Shown piece by piece: positions 49,786-59,806 of a stretch of DNA of 64,000 nt. The position numbers and the translations under genes were made by a program. The stretch is from Nitrospirales bacterium (GTDB lineage: Bacteria; Nitrospirota; Nitrospiria; Nitrospirales; UBA8639). The DNA is taken from assembly GCA_965223295.1 (NCBI GenBank), contig CBDCWC010000003.1:896001-960000 (forward strand), in the 5' to 3' direction. Numbering within the stretch: position 1 is the first letter of the stretch; the number at the start of each line of letters is the position of its first letter. Below the pieces are notes generated by a model. The model was not told the DNA's origin, searched no databases, and saw nothing but the letters and a program-made list of their open reading frames with translations.

Positions 49786-49820
49786 CTACCTCCCCTTGCC
49801 CCTCCTTACAAAGGAGGGAG
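49786..49820 (-). repeat. REP-like repeat, family B
   Basis: ctacctccccttgcccctccttacaaaggaggg; inverted relative to the copy at 49668. Confidence 0.8.
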
Positions 49821-49837
49821 CTCAGGTATATTCACGC

Positions 49838-52084
49838 TTAATTTAACGCGTTGAGCGCAGAGCCGGCTCTGAACCAGGCTATTTGGGCTTCGGTCATACT
49901 ATGATTCGCTTGAATTGTGACGTCTTGCCCATCTTTCTTATGAATTATCACCGACACGGGTTTTCCTGGAGCTAAATCCTTTAGACTTGTGACACTCACC
50001 TGATCTTCTTGCTCGATCTGATCGTAGTCTGCCGGATTCGCAAAGGTCATAGGAAGGATGCCCTGCTTCTTCAAATTCGTTTCATGGATCCGGGCAAAGC
50101 TTTTGGTAAGCACAGCCAGGACGCCAAGAAAACGAGGACTCATCGCGGCATGCTCTCGACTACTCCCTTCCCCGTAATTTTCATCCCCGACGACAAAAGA
50201 TCCAATGCCGTTAGCTTTATAATCACGCGCAATCGCTGCGGGCGCCAAGTTCTTTTCTCCGGTGCGCACATTATTGGCTTTTCCCGCTTCACCTGTGAAT
50301 GCATTATTCGCGCCCAAGAACATATTGTCGCTAATCTTGTCGAGATGCCCACGGAACTTGAGCCATGGACCTGCAGGAGAAATATGATCTGTGGTCGTCT
50401 TGCCTTTCGTTTTCAGCAAAATGGTGAGCTTCTCGAAATCATTCCCATTCCATCGTGGAAATGGTTGCAGTAACTGCAGCCGCTCACTGGTCGGAGGAAG
50501 ATCAACTTCCAAACCTTCACCATTTTCTGCCGGCGCCACAAATCCTTCTTCACCTTTGGCAAATCCTTTGCTGGGCAATTCGTCCCCTTGAGGCGCTTCT
50601 AATTTAATTTCTTTGCCGTCAGCCGTCTTGATCGTATCATTCACAGGATCAAAACCTAAGTCACCAGTCAAAGCATAGGCGGTCACCACTTCAGGGCTAG
50701 CAAGAAACGATAACGTGTCAGGGATGCCATCATTCCGTCCAGGGAAATTTCGGTTAAAGGTACTCACAATTGAATCAGCTTTGCCTTTGACCCCATCCGC
50801 CCGCTTCCATTGTCCAATACATGGTCCACAGGCATTCGCCAACACGGTCGCACCCATCTGCTCAAAGGTTTCCATGAACCCATCACGTTTCATAGTATGA
50901 AAAATACGTTCTGAGCCAGGCGAAACTAAGAACGCCGTCTTCGCTTTGAGTCCAGCCTTTAATCCTTGTTTGGCAATATGCGCCGAACGTCCAATATCTT
51001 CATAGGAAGAATTCGTGCAGCTTCCTAACAAGGTGGCTTTGAGTTCGACAGGATAACCTTTCTCTTTGGCTTCTGCCCGCAATTTCGAAATTGGGCGGGC
51101 AAGGTCTGGGGAATGCGGCCCTACGACATGTGGTTCCAGAGTCGAGAGATCAATCTCGACGATCTCATCATAATATTTTTCTGGTGATTGGTAGACTTCT
51201 GGGTCAGCCACTAATAGATCTTTATTGGCTTCTGCTAATTTCGCGATGTCCTCTCTCTCGGTGATATTCAAATACTCCACCATCTTTTGATCGAAAGGAA
51301 AGACGGAAGTCGTGGCACCCAATTCAGCACCCATATTTGTAATCGTGCCCTTCCCTGTAGCACTGATGGTTTCTGCGCCAGGACCAAAATATTCTACAAT
51401 CTTATTGGTCCCGCCTTTGACGGTCAGTTTTCCGCAAATATAGAGAATCACATCCTTGGGAGAAGCCCACCCATTGAGTTTTCCCGTAAGTTTCACACCG
51501 ATCAATTTGGGATGCAGCACTTCCCACGGCAAACCGGCCATCACTTCACCTGCATCGGCTCCACCGACACCAATCGCGAGCATGCCTAATCCGCCGCCAT
51601 TGGGTGTATGAGAATCAGTTCCGATAATGAGTCCGCCTGGGAACGCATAGTTTTCAAGCACCACTTGGTGAATAATCCCTGCTCCTGGCTTCCAAAATCC
51701 AATGCCATACTTCTTCGCTGCAGATTCCAAGAAATTGTAGACTTCGCGGTTTTCGTTATTGGCAACCATGAGATCTTTTTCGGAGCCCATTTCAGCCCGA
51801 ATGAGATGATCACAATGAATCGTGCTTGGGACGGCTGCTTTCTTCTTCCCAGCTTGAATAAACTGCAACATGGCCATCTGGGCAGTGGCATCTTGCATGG
51901 CCACTCGGTCAGGGCGAAGCGCCAACATAGCTTTTCCACGTTCCCAGGTTTGGGTATCAAAATTATCCGCATGGCTGACCAGAATTTTTTCCGCCAAGGT
52001 TAAAGGCCGCCCGAATTTTTTTCGGGCTTTTTCCACCGTTGGCCCCATTGAAGCATAGAGTTTTTTGACCATATCTACTGACAT
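49838..52084 (-). CDS. acn: Aconitate hydratase (mitochondrial-type)
   Basis: 'MQDATAQMA', HCDH, GSCTN, ACGPC and TTDHISPAG motifs. Confidence 0.95.
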   Translation of the reverse strand: MSVDMVKKLYASMGPTVEKARKKFGRPLTLAEKILVSHADNFDTQTWERGKAMLALRPDRVAMQDATAQMAMLQFIQAGKKKAAVPSTIHCDHLIRAEMGSEKDLMVANNENREVYNFLESAAKKYGIGFWKPGAGIIHQVVLENYAFPGGLIIGTDSHTPNGGGLGMLAIGVGGADAGEVMAGLPWEVLHPKLIGVKLTGKLNGWASPKDVILYICGKLTVKGGTNKIVEYFGPGAETISATGKGTITNMGAELGATTSVFPFDQKMVEYLNITEREDIAKLAEANKDLLVADPEVYQSPEKYYDEIVEIDLSTLEPHVVGPHSPDLARPISKLRAEAKEKGYPVELKATLLGSCTNSSYEDIGRSAHIAKQGLKAGLKAKTAFLVSPGSERIFHTMKRDGFMETFEQMGATVLANACGPCIGQWKRADGVKGKADSIVSTFNRNFPGRNDGIPDTLSFLASPEVVTAYALTGDLGFDPVNDTIKTADGKEIKLEAPQGDELPSKGFAKGEEGFVAPAENGEGLEVDLPPTSERLQLLQPFPRWNGNDFEKLTILLKTKGKTTTDHISPAGPWLKFRGHLDKISDNMFLGANNAFTGEAGKANNVRTGEKNLAPAAIARDYKANGIGSFVVGDENYGEGSSREHAAMSPRFLGVLAVLTKSFARIHETNLKKQGILPMTFANPADYDQIEQEDQVSVTSLKDLAPGKPVSVIIHKKDGQDVTIQANHSMTEAQIAWFRAGSALNALN

Positions 52085-52152
52085 AAGCGTTCTCCCGATT
52101 TGAGTTCAATGTTCAAGCCGAGGAATAAACACCATCGGCTTTACTGTCTCTC

Positions 52153-53979
52153 CTATTTCAGTTTTGGTACTTCTCGCCGCTTGGGTGAAGCATAATTGAC
52201 TAAATAATCGAACAGACGAATGAGCCGACTGCCTTGACGTTTTTGATCTGTCCAGTGACCAATCATCCCTATTGTTCGAGCCAAGATAAAGAAGCCGTTT
52301 AAACTGTCGACTGGGAACCCAATATCCACCAATACCGCAGCCATTGTGCCATCGACATTCAGGATCAAATTATCTTTTTTCGCGGCGGTGATTTTTTCAA
52401 CTTCCAGTGCAAAGTCTAGATGAGGAGTTTTGATTCCAAGACTTTTGACATGGCCAACCAGTTCTTTCACACGCTTATCCGGATTTTTCAAGCTTTTGAC
52501 CCTATGCCCAATACCTGGAACCGGACCAACATTCGCTTTCATATAAACAAGAAATTCATCAACCGCCATCTTGTTATCAATCGCATATTTAAACCACCGG
52601 CCTGCATCGGTGACCGCCCCGCCAAAACGTGGCCCAATCATGATCATTCCAGCCGCCACGGCTTGCGAGAGGCCTATGCCAGCACAGGCTGCTATGACGG
52701 TCGTTAACGCACCACTGACACAGGGTCCATGGTCAGCGGACAACATAATAATCCGCTTAATGATTTCGGCTTCTTGTTTGGAAACGAGTCGGTTGTCCCA
52801 CAATAATCCAATAATGTGCGGGATATCGTACCCAGCATTAATCAGTTCAGAAGCTGGATACCCTTGATAGAGAGGTTCATCCCCACGGTCATCACTGATC
52901 GTGGAGCGAATAAGAGGCGCCACTAAGACTTCACCGTCTTTTTTCGCTTCGGCGACCGTTTTCGGAAGCCGTGGCACATCGGCAGGCGCCAAATCCGGAA
53001 TGGGTTTGGCTGCTCCAGTCTTCAACAACTCTTCATGGGTGGCTTTAATAGCAGGGCCCAAGGCCCCAAAGGTCTCTGGAACAATCGCACCAGATTTTTT
53101 TAACGCCTCTGATTTTGCACGGGCCGACCCTTCGCCTTTTAACCCTTCTTTCGCACCGGCATGGCCAAATTTCATGCCTTTCGGCAGGCTTTCCTGACAA
53201 AAACCTGAGACCACCGCCAACAGTTTAATCCGGCGTTTCTTGGCGCCGTACCATTCAGCAGCACGCTCTTCTAAATCCCCGCCCATTTCTCCAACAATCA
53301 CGACGGCCTTCGTCTGCGGATCGTTTTCAAACATTTCTAAATAACTGACGTAATCAGTTCCTGGATAGGCGTCGCCACCGATTCCAATAGCCGTCGTAAT
53401 CCCATCCGCAAACTGAGAACAGATCCAGATAATTTCGTTAGATAGTCCGCCTGATTTTGTAATCACGCCAAAGGAGCCAGGACGATACAGCTTACAGGCT
53501 GTCAGATTATCAAATGCCCCACCAATCACACCTAAGCGACATTCTCCAGCAGACACCACACCGATAGAAGAGGGCCCATTAAAAACTTTTCCCAATTTCC
53601 TGGCATGTTTTCCAAGAAGTTTGGCATCTTTTTCAGGAACTCCTTCGGTAATCATAGAGACTGTGTGGATTTTGGGATCATTCAGCGCATCCATCGTGCC
53701 TTCGTAGGCTCGATTCGCACCGATATACACCAAGCTGGTATTAATTTCAGGATGATTAGCTGTGGCTTCAGCCACAGTTTTATAAATGGGAATAGCCACC
53801 AATTCTGTGCCGCACACAATTTCATTGGTTTTTCCAGCATCTGGCGGATACACAAAGGCAGAGACATTCAACGGTTGCTTAATCATATAGCGAAACTCCG
53901 CCATCCGACGGGCAGCATTGACACCAGCCACACCACCCTGAATAACGACATGCGTATCTTTCGTGGCAAGAATACTCAT
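52153..53979 (-). CDS. aclA: ATP-citrate lyase alpha subunit
   Basis: SCS-alpha-like domain (FGHAGA) fused to a citrate-synthase-like domain (DHGP, GIGHR, NVDG). Confidence 0.93.
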   Translation of the reverse strand: MSILATKDTHVVIQGGVAGVNAARRMAEFRYMIKQPLNVSAFVYPPDAGKTNEIVCGTELVAIPIYKTVAEATANHPEINTSLVYIGANRAYEGTMDALNDPKIHTVSMITEGVPEKDAKLLGKHARKLGKVFNGPSSIGVVSAGECRLGVIGGAFDNLTACKLYRPGSFGVITKSGGLSNEIIWICSQFADGITTAIGIGGDAYPGTDYVSYLEMFENDPQTKAVVIVGEMGGDLEERAAEWYGAKKRRIKLLAVVSGFCQESLPKGMKFGHAGAKEGLKGEGSARAKSEALKKSGAIVPETFGALGPAIKATHEELLKTGAAKPIPDLAPADVPRLPKTVAEAKKDGEVLVAPLIRSTISDDRGDEPLYQGYPASELINAGYDIPHIIGLLWDNRLVSKQEAEIIKRIIMLSADHGPCVSGALTTVIAACAGIGLSQAVAAGMIMIGPRFGGAVTDAGRWFKYAIDNKMAVDEFLVYMKANVGPVPGIGHRVKSLKNPDKRVKELVGHVKSLGIKTPHLDFALEVEKITAAKKDNLILNVDGTMAAVLVDIGFPVDSLNGFFILARTIGMIGHWTDQKRQGSRLIRLFDYLVNYASPKRREVPKLK

Positions 53980-54014
53980 TGATCCGATCTCCTAATTTCT
54001 CAAGTTCAAGTAGT

Positions 54015-55211
54015 TTATTTTGCCGCCATCGCCATATCGACAATGTCTGTCAATGGGGTCGTGCGGTCGTACACATGAATATCAAAGCCTTCATCTTGTA
54101 AGGCACGCATGGCCGCTAACCCCTGTAATTCATTAGGGCCTCCGCGCCGCACCCAGATTTTCACACCATTCAACTTACCTTCACCCTTGGCTTTCCGGAA
54201 GGCATTAATAATGCCGCCAAAGGTTTTTTTCACATCCGTAAAATTCGCAATGGCTCCACCAACGATAATATGTTTGATATTCGGCAAGGAACAGACTTTA
54301 TCGGTTAGGACTTCTACAGCCCAGTCGGGCGGATCACCAGAATATTCCGCGTAGTTGGCTAATTTGCCTCCACGCGCCACGACGGCGTCCGAGTAGTACA
54401 CGCTTGCCCCTCCACCGGCTGGGAGCATGGCAATATTACCTCCTGGAATTTCAATGAGCTTCACAGAACCTTTCACCTTGGCATCCACCGCCATCACTTC
54501 TTCTTCGTTGGTGGTATAGGCACGACCAAACTCTGCGGCAAAGGGGAATGTCCAATCTTTATGCCTGAACTTGGCATCGCCATCAAGCAGAGTGACAGCA
54601 TCAAGTGCGACTAAGTCGCCATTTGAGTTTTGTACAACTGGATTGATTTCTAGATATTGTGCATCTTCATTATCAAAACAGATATAAAGTTTCTTCAAGA
54701 ATTCAGCCATTTTTGTGGCAGTATTACCTGTGAACCCAGCGTCTTTCGACAATTTCGCTAATTGGGCATCTGTCGGCGATTCCCCAATCTCAACTGCCAA
54801 CTTTTGAACCTTTTCCCAGTTAGCTTCCACTTCCACACCGCCATAGGTCGTCACCATCACATCCACGCCTTCGCGGGTGGATTTGACGGAGGCATAATAT
54901 TCTTCCTTGTGATCGATGGCTTCTGAGACTATCACTTCTCGAATGGTCACGGACTCTACCTGCTTGCCAAGCATTTCCTTCACCGCTGATTTGGCTTCAG
55001 CCAAATCTAATCCGACCTTCACCAGTCCTAGTTTAAACCTCGAGCCTAAGGCTTCATGCGCTTTGACGACCAGTTTACTTTTTTGCAACCAATCATTGGC
55101 TTTAGAGAGCTCTTCAAACTCATCATTTGACGTCACAACAACATAGTTCGGGGTTGCTATTCCCCATTTTCGCAGCAAACCCATTCCTGGGCCTTCAAGG
55201 ACCTTTGCCAT
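54015..55211 (-). CDS. aclB: ATP-citrate lyase beta subunit
   Basis: ATP-grasp domain; 'AGGGASV', 'NYAEYSGDP', 'GGAIANFTDV' and 'RRGGPN' motifs. Confidence 0.93.
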   Translation of the reverse strand: MAKVLEGPGMGLLRKWGIATPNYVVVTSNDEFEELSKANDWLQKSKLVVKAHEALGSRFKLGLVKVGLDLAEAKSAVKEMLGKQVESVTIREVIVSEAIDHKEEYYASVKSTREGVDVMVTTYGGVEVEANWEKVQKLAVEIGESPTDAQLAKLSKDAGFTGNTATKMAEFLKKLYICFDNEDAQYLEINPVVQNSNGDLVALDAVTLLDGDAKFRHKDWTFPFAAEFGRAYTTNEEEVMAVDAKVKGSVKLIEIPGGNIAMLPAGGGASVYYSDAVVARGGKLANYAEYSGDPPDWAVEVLTDKVCSLPNIKHIIVGGAIANFTDVKKTFGGIINAFRKAKGEGKLNGVKIWVRRGGPNELQGLAAMRALQDEGFDIHVYDRTTPLTDIVDMAMAAK

Positions 55212-55471
55212 AATCCTACCCTTCCGTCAGGGACTAAAATGTGAAAGACACAATCAGACTATCCCACTTGTTCGTGAGAACGTGCATTGTACGAATGGCC
55301 CCTAAAGTCTGCAATCAATCAAAAGACCCATGACGCAGTTCACGAAAGTCCCAGAGCTAAGTTACAAAAAGACATCCTCGTCAAAGGGGTAAAGCCTATA
55401 CCTAGCTTTTGATATTTGAATGGTTGTGATATATTCACATTTATTAAATATGAATAACTGGAGGGCATGCC

Positions 55472-55720
55472 ATGGCCACAACGAGCCTTAGCCTTGGAGA
55501 GCATTGGGAAGTATTTATTAAAAACGAAATTGCAAGCGGGCGGTATGGTTCGGCAAGCGAAGTAGTGCGGGATGCCTTACGAGGCATGGAGGAACGCAAA
55601 AGTAAGCTTGAAGCCTTGCGCGCGCATCTTTCTGAAGGAGCAACCCAGGCGCGAAAGGGAGAATTTGTCGAAAATTATTCCTTAGAAAATGTCATGGCCA
55701 ATTTAGATCAGACTCAATGA
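55472..55720 (+). CDS. parD: ParD-family antitoxin
   Basis: 'SGRYGSASEVVRDALR' RHH motif. Confidence 0.9.
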   Translation: MATTSLSLGEHWEVFIKNEIASGRYGSASEVVRDALRGMEERKSKLEALRAHLSEGATQARKGEFVENYSLENVMANLDQTQ

Positions 55721-56019
55721 CGAAGCATTTTCGAATCACCCCTCGTTCGCACCGTGATGTAGAAAATATCGGCCGTTACACCCATGAATAAATGGGGAAA
55801 AGCACAACGGAACCACTATTTGCGTGCTCTGGATCAGCGGTTTGCATAGCTGGCAGAAAGACCAACGACCGGCAAACACCGTCCAGATATTGAACAGGGC
55901 TATTACAGCTTCCCTCAAGGGCGCATTTGATATTTTATCTCATCCATGACAGTGGAATTGACATCATCGGTATTCCACATAAGGAAATGGACATCGAGAA
56001 TTTTTTTGCGGAAGAATGA
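55717..56019 (+). pseudogene. parE: ParE toxin pseudogene
   Basis: ParE-like peptides (IGRYT..KWG.AQ..HY, G.HRPDI..GYYSF, I.H.EMD) broken by frameshifts and an in-frame TAG. Confidence 0.85.
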
Positions 56020-56164
56020 GGCTATTTAGGGGTCAGGCACGAAATAACCTTTCAGTTGGATTATAATCAGAGATTTTTCAGAATTTTTATTCGAGACTGC
56101 CTCTCTAAAGACATGGCCCAACATTGCTCATCCCCGACCGCTCCAATCTTCATTTTTGTTTCAG

Positions 56165-56208
56165 ACCGTGGGGGCCTGCACCACCGCTATACGCGACGAG
56201 CGGCATAA
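56165..56208 (+). pseudogene. C-terminal remnant of an integrase-core transposase
   Basis: Translates GGLHHRYTRRAA*, the typical tail of that family. Confidence 0.55.
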
Positions 56209-56257
56209 GAAGAAATGTATATTTAGCTGAGGGATGAATTAATAGAAGGGACAGCGC

Positions 56258-56531
56258 ACCCACCCGCGCCCCACCAACAGCCCCGGCCCGCCTCGACGCG
56301 TTCAGCCAGACCGCCTAAGCCCCCCGGGTTCCGATTCAGTTCCTGGAGCCGACCGATTCCTTTGCCATCATAAAGCAACAGGTGAGCCCAATCCAAGAAC
56401 AATGAGCCTGTCAGACCTCCTCGCAAAAGAAACGCTCGCCGGTCGGACCGTGAAGTCCGGAGATTGAGTCGTTCACGAGTTCTTGGGTACATTCCGGTTT
56501 CGGCAAAAAGGCCCTTTGAAAATCCTATTCC
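56258..56531 (+). mobile_element. IS91/ISCR-type 3' end (transposase tail plus oriIS), copy 1
   Basis: Encodes PTRAPPTAPARLDAFSQTA*; ends TTTGAAAATCCTATTCC, resembling the ISCR oriIS end; direct repeat of 59259-59545. Confidence 0.75.
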
Positions 56532-57576
56532 CCGAGTTACTTCCGAATTTCCCAATATTTTTGATTATCTGATGTAAAAACTGTCTCAGTTCTAGCTCGA
56601 CTTCCTGGGTCTATATCTGATTGGAGTAGTTGTTGCATGTCATATAAGACAGGTGCAGCCTCTGCAAAATAACTATGGCCCAGTATAGTGAGATCTATAC
56701 CAGTAACTTTTACCGTATCAATGTCAGGGAAAATTCCAATGGGAGGGAAAAACCCTACCCGTGGGTAGTCGTGCCAGAACTTTGAGAGCTTTAGGGCCCA
56801 GTCCTTGGATGAAATATATAAAGTAGTTCGCTTGGATATGTGGGAATAAGCGCTAGCTAATTCGTTAAAGGTATCCATATCCACGTCTGGGGCAGCTAGA
56901 ATTATTTGTCCAAACTGCGATGGGGGATCAAATGAGGGATCTTTGGCAAGTCTTTCCATTGCGCCAAGTAATCCACGGTTGCCCATACTATGGGCGATGA
57001 TATGCACTTCCTCTGCTCCAGATTCTAGAGCAAGTTTTCTAAGGAACTTTTCTATTCGAAACTCACTTATCTTTATAGTGGCCTCATCAGCAGAATACTT
57101 CCAGAAGCTTTCTTTGGATGGCCAGCTAAAAAAGGCAGTGATGCCCTCAACTTTCAGGTCAAACCCTATTTGGGCTGCCCTTACCGCCGCTTCCTCAAAA
57201 GACACGTGGTAGCCATGAATATAAACTAAGGCGGTTCTTTTGCCACTTGGCCTGGTCTTTAATTTATTATTCATGCTATTAAAAAAATTGTTCGCATCAT
57301 AAGGGTAAATACGGCGCAGTTTAAGGGGTTCGTCTGTCCGAGTAACTACGCGCACAATCCAAGAGGACCCTGTTGAACCGAAATTATGGGACTTAGGAAC
57401 CTCCACAATACACGTGCCATAGTGAATAATAGAATCTCGTTCGTTGGAAAATCCTAAAGATTCATCGTAGTCATCAATTGGTTTTCTGTTAGTTCCATAC
57501 CAAACTCTGTAGAGCGGTTTCTTCGTGTTGGAACTATATTCAGAATTTGGGGCAAGGATTTTTGTAAGCTTCCCCG

Positions 57577-58440
57577 TCAAGCGGACAGGTCATAACTAGA
57601 GTGTTCTGGTGTTGGTTGATAATAGGCACAGGGCGGTGTTCCCCGTAGCGCGTCATGTGGGCGGTGTTCATTGTAGATGGTCATCCACTCGGACGTGAGT
57701 TCCCGCACTTCCTCTAAACTCCGAAACAGATAGAGATTCAGCACTTCATTCCGATAGGTGCGATTGAATCGTTCAATAAATGCATTCTGTGTGGGACAAC
57801 CGGGTTGAATGTGATAGATCAACACGCGATTGGCTTTTCCCCAATCTTTTAGTGCCTGTGAGAGAAATTCTGGTCCGTTATCAACCCGAATCATGTGAGG
57901 TAACTCCCGCTCAGTCTTCAAGCGGTCCAACACGCGGATAATCCGTTCAGCTCTTAGAGAGGTATCAATCTCAATCGCCAAGACCTCCCGATTGAAGTCA
58001 TCGAGGATATTGAAGGTGCGAAACCGCGTGCCGTGATACAAGGTATCGCTCATGAAGTCGGCTGACCACACCTCATTGGGACCTTCTGGCACAAACACCG
58101 GCCAGGAAGGACGCTTGGGCAGCTGGCGTCTGGTGCGACGAGGCTGATTGTGTCCTAACTGCCGATAGACGCGGTACACCCGTTTGTGATTCCAGACATG
58201 TCCGAGGACTCGCAATCGCCGGATATATTTCCAGATGCCCCAGCGCGGGTACTGCTCCACTAACTGATTCAGGGCCTCAATAATTTCCTGATCACGGATC
58301 TGCCAATCAACGGGCGCTTGGTAATACGCCGACCGAGAAAATTTGAGAGCCACACACCCTCGTGTGATCGAGACGCCATGTGTCTCTTGTAGGGACTGAA
58401 TGGCCTCCCGTTTCTCCGCCGGCGTTAGAGCTTTTTTTCG
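57577..58440 (-). CDS. IS3 transposase OrfB (reached by -1 frameshift)
   Basis: WSADF, DNGPEF and 'QNAFIERFN' DDE motifs. Confidence 0.9.
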   Translation of the reverse strand, partial: RKKALTPAEKREAIQSLQETHGVSITRGCVALKFSRSAYYQAPVDWQIRDQEIIEALNQLVEQYPRWGIWKYIRRLRVLGHVWNHKRVYRVYRQLGHNQPRRTRRQLPKRPSWPVFVPEGPNEVWSADFMSDTLYHGTRFRTFNILDDFNREVLAIEIDTSLRAERIIRVLDRLKTERELPHMIRVDNGPEFLSQALKDWGKANRVLIYHIQPGCPTQNAFIERFNRTYRNEVLNLYLFRSLEEVRELTSEWMTIYNEHRPHDALRGTPPCAYYQPTPEHSSYDLSA

Positions 58441-58691
58441 ATCAAATCCTTCAGCGCCCGATTCTCTAAGGCCAGATCCGCATACATCCGTTTAAGCTTC
58501 GAGAGTTCGCCTTCTGTTTCTTTGAGGCGTTTCAGATCCGAGGCTTCTAAGCCCCCGTACTTCGCTTTCCAATTGTAATAGGTCGCATCACTGATGCCAT
58601 GCTCCCGGCACAAGTCTTTGATCTTGATGCCGGCGTCACCTTGTTTCAAGATGGCGACGATTTGGGTTTCGCTGAATCGACTCGTTTTCAT
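58425..58691 (-). CDS. IS3 transposase OrfA
   Basis: HTH 'LCREHGIS.ATYYNWK', ends IEKKL. Confidence 0.93.
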   Translation of the reverse strand: MKTSRFSETQIVAILKQGDAGIKIKDLCREHGISDATYYNWKAKYGGLEASDLKRLKETEGELSKLKRMYADLALENRALKDLIEKKL

Positions 58692-59205
58692 GAGAACCTC
58701 CTGGGATCATTCTGCCAGAACGCTCTACTTTTGGTCTGTTCGGATTTAGGGGAAGCTTACATTTTGATCTCAGGATCTTCACCTCCCCTACACGTGGGAC
58801 AAAAACAAGGATACGGACATTGAGCGGTTTCCGGAATATCCGGATCTGGGCTAGAGGGGTCAAATAAGGAGCATCCAAAACTAAATACTGTTGCTAATAG
58901 AAGAAACACTAAAGCTTTCATTGAGTTACCTCCACAGGGAACTTTGCTTATGGCTCTGAAGAGTTTCATGATATTTTCCCCTTTTGAATCTAATTGAAAG
59001 GGAACAAGAAAAATAAATAGTATTAATGGGCAAGCAGAAAAGTTTTTAGAGGCCAGTCAAGACCATTTAAGCAAAACTCTGGCAAAAACGGTGAAATAAA
59101 TCTAGGGGTGAAATATTGAGGGTAAAAGTTCTCTGGGAAGTAAAGAAAACAAACCTAAATTCATAGCGGTGGTCTTCTGATTAGAGGTGAGTATTAACCT
59201 TCCCA

Positions 59206-59545
59206 ATCGCGATCGAAGATCCCGTGGTGATCGTCAAGATTCTCAGCCACCTGTGGGTACCCACCCGCGCCCCACCAACAGCCTCGACGCGTTCAGCCAG
59301 ACCGCCTAAGCCCCCGGGTTCCGATTCAGTTCCTGGAGCCGACAGATCCTTTTTGCCCAGTGCCCACCCGCACACGCCACCATAAAACACCAGGTTGGCC
59401 CGATCCAAGAACAATGAGCCCGTCAGACCTCCTCGCAAGAGAAACGCTCGCCCGTCGGACCGTGAAGTCCGGAGATTGAGCCGTTCACGAGAGTTCTTTG
59501 GTACGTTCCGGTTTCGGCAAAACACCCTTTGAAAATCCTATTCCC
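59206..59545 (+). mobile_element. IS91/ISCR-type 3' end (transposase tail plus oriIS), copy 2
   Basis: Encodes IAIEDPVVIVKILSHLWVPTRAPP; same downstream sequence and TTTGAAAATCCTATTCC end as copy 1. Confidence 0.78.
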
Positions 59546-59806
59546 TCAGGAATCGCAGGCTTCAGGTCATCATATTGACCTGAGGGGGCAACCAATACGA
59601 GAATGGCAGTGTATAAACCAATATGTTAGGAAATGGACTTTGAAAATATGGAGCGAGGCGAAGTAACTTCAAAAGTTACAATATAGCATTGAGCCAATTG
59701 AGAAAGGATGAGAGGACAGTCAGGAAAGCTAAGTGATAAAGGAAAACTTCGATAGCAATTTTCTAAAATGCCTACGATTTAGGCAAACCTACCTTTTCAA
59801 ACAGTA

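Larger units (their letters stand above)
57563..58761 (-). mobile_element. IS3-family element (IS407-like), 1199 bp
   Basis: TIRs TGTAAGCTTCCCC at both ends, TTTT target duplication, orfA/orfB with an A AAA AAG slippery site. Confidence 0.95.
56537..58921 (-). pseudogene. DUF900-type alpha/beta hydrolase lipoprotein gene interrupted by IS3
   Basis: YIHGY, FSWPS, AHSMG and AAPD motifs. Removing the IS and one TTTT joins the lipoprotein N-terminus (MKALV..SFGC..EDPEIK) in frame to ILAPNSE. Confidence 0.88.

Noticed and set aside
56223-56555. Paralogous ~110-aa ORFs at 56223-56555 and 59181-59525 as a gene family
   Set aside because: Antisense readings of the duplicated IS91-type ends
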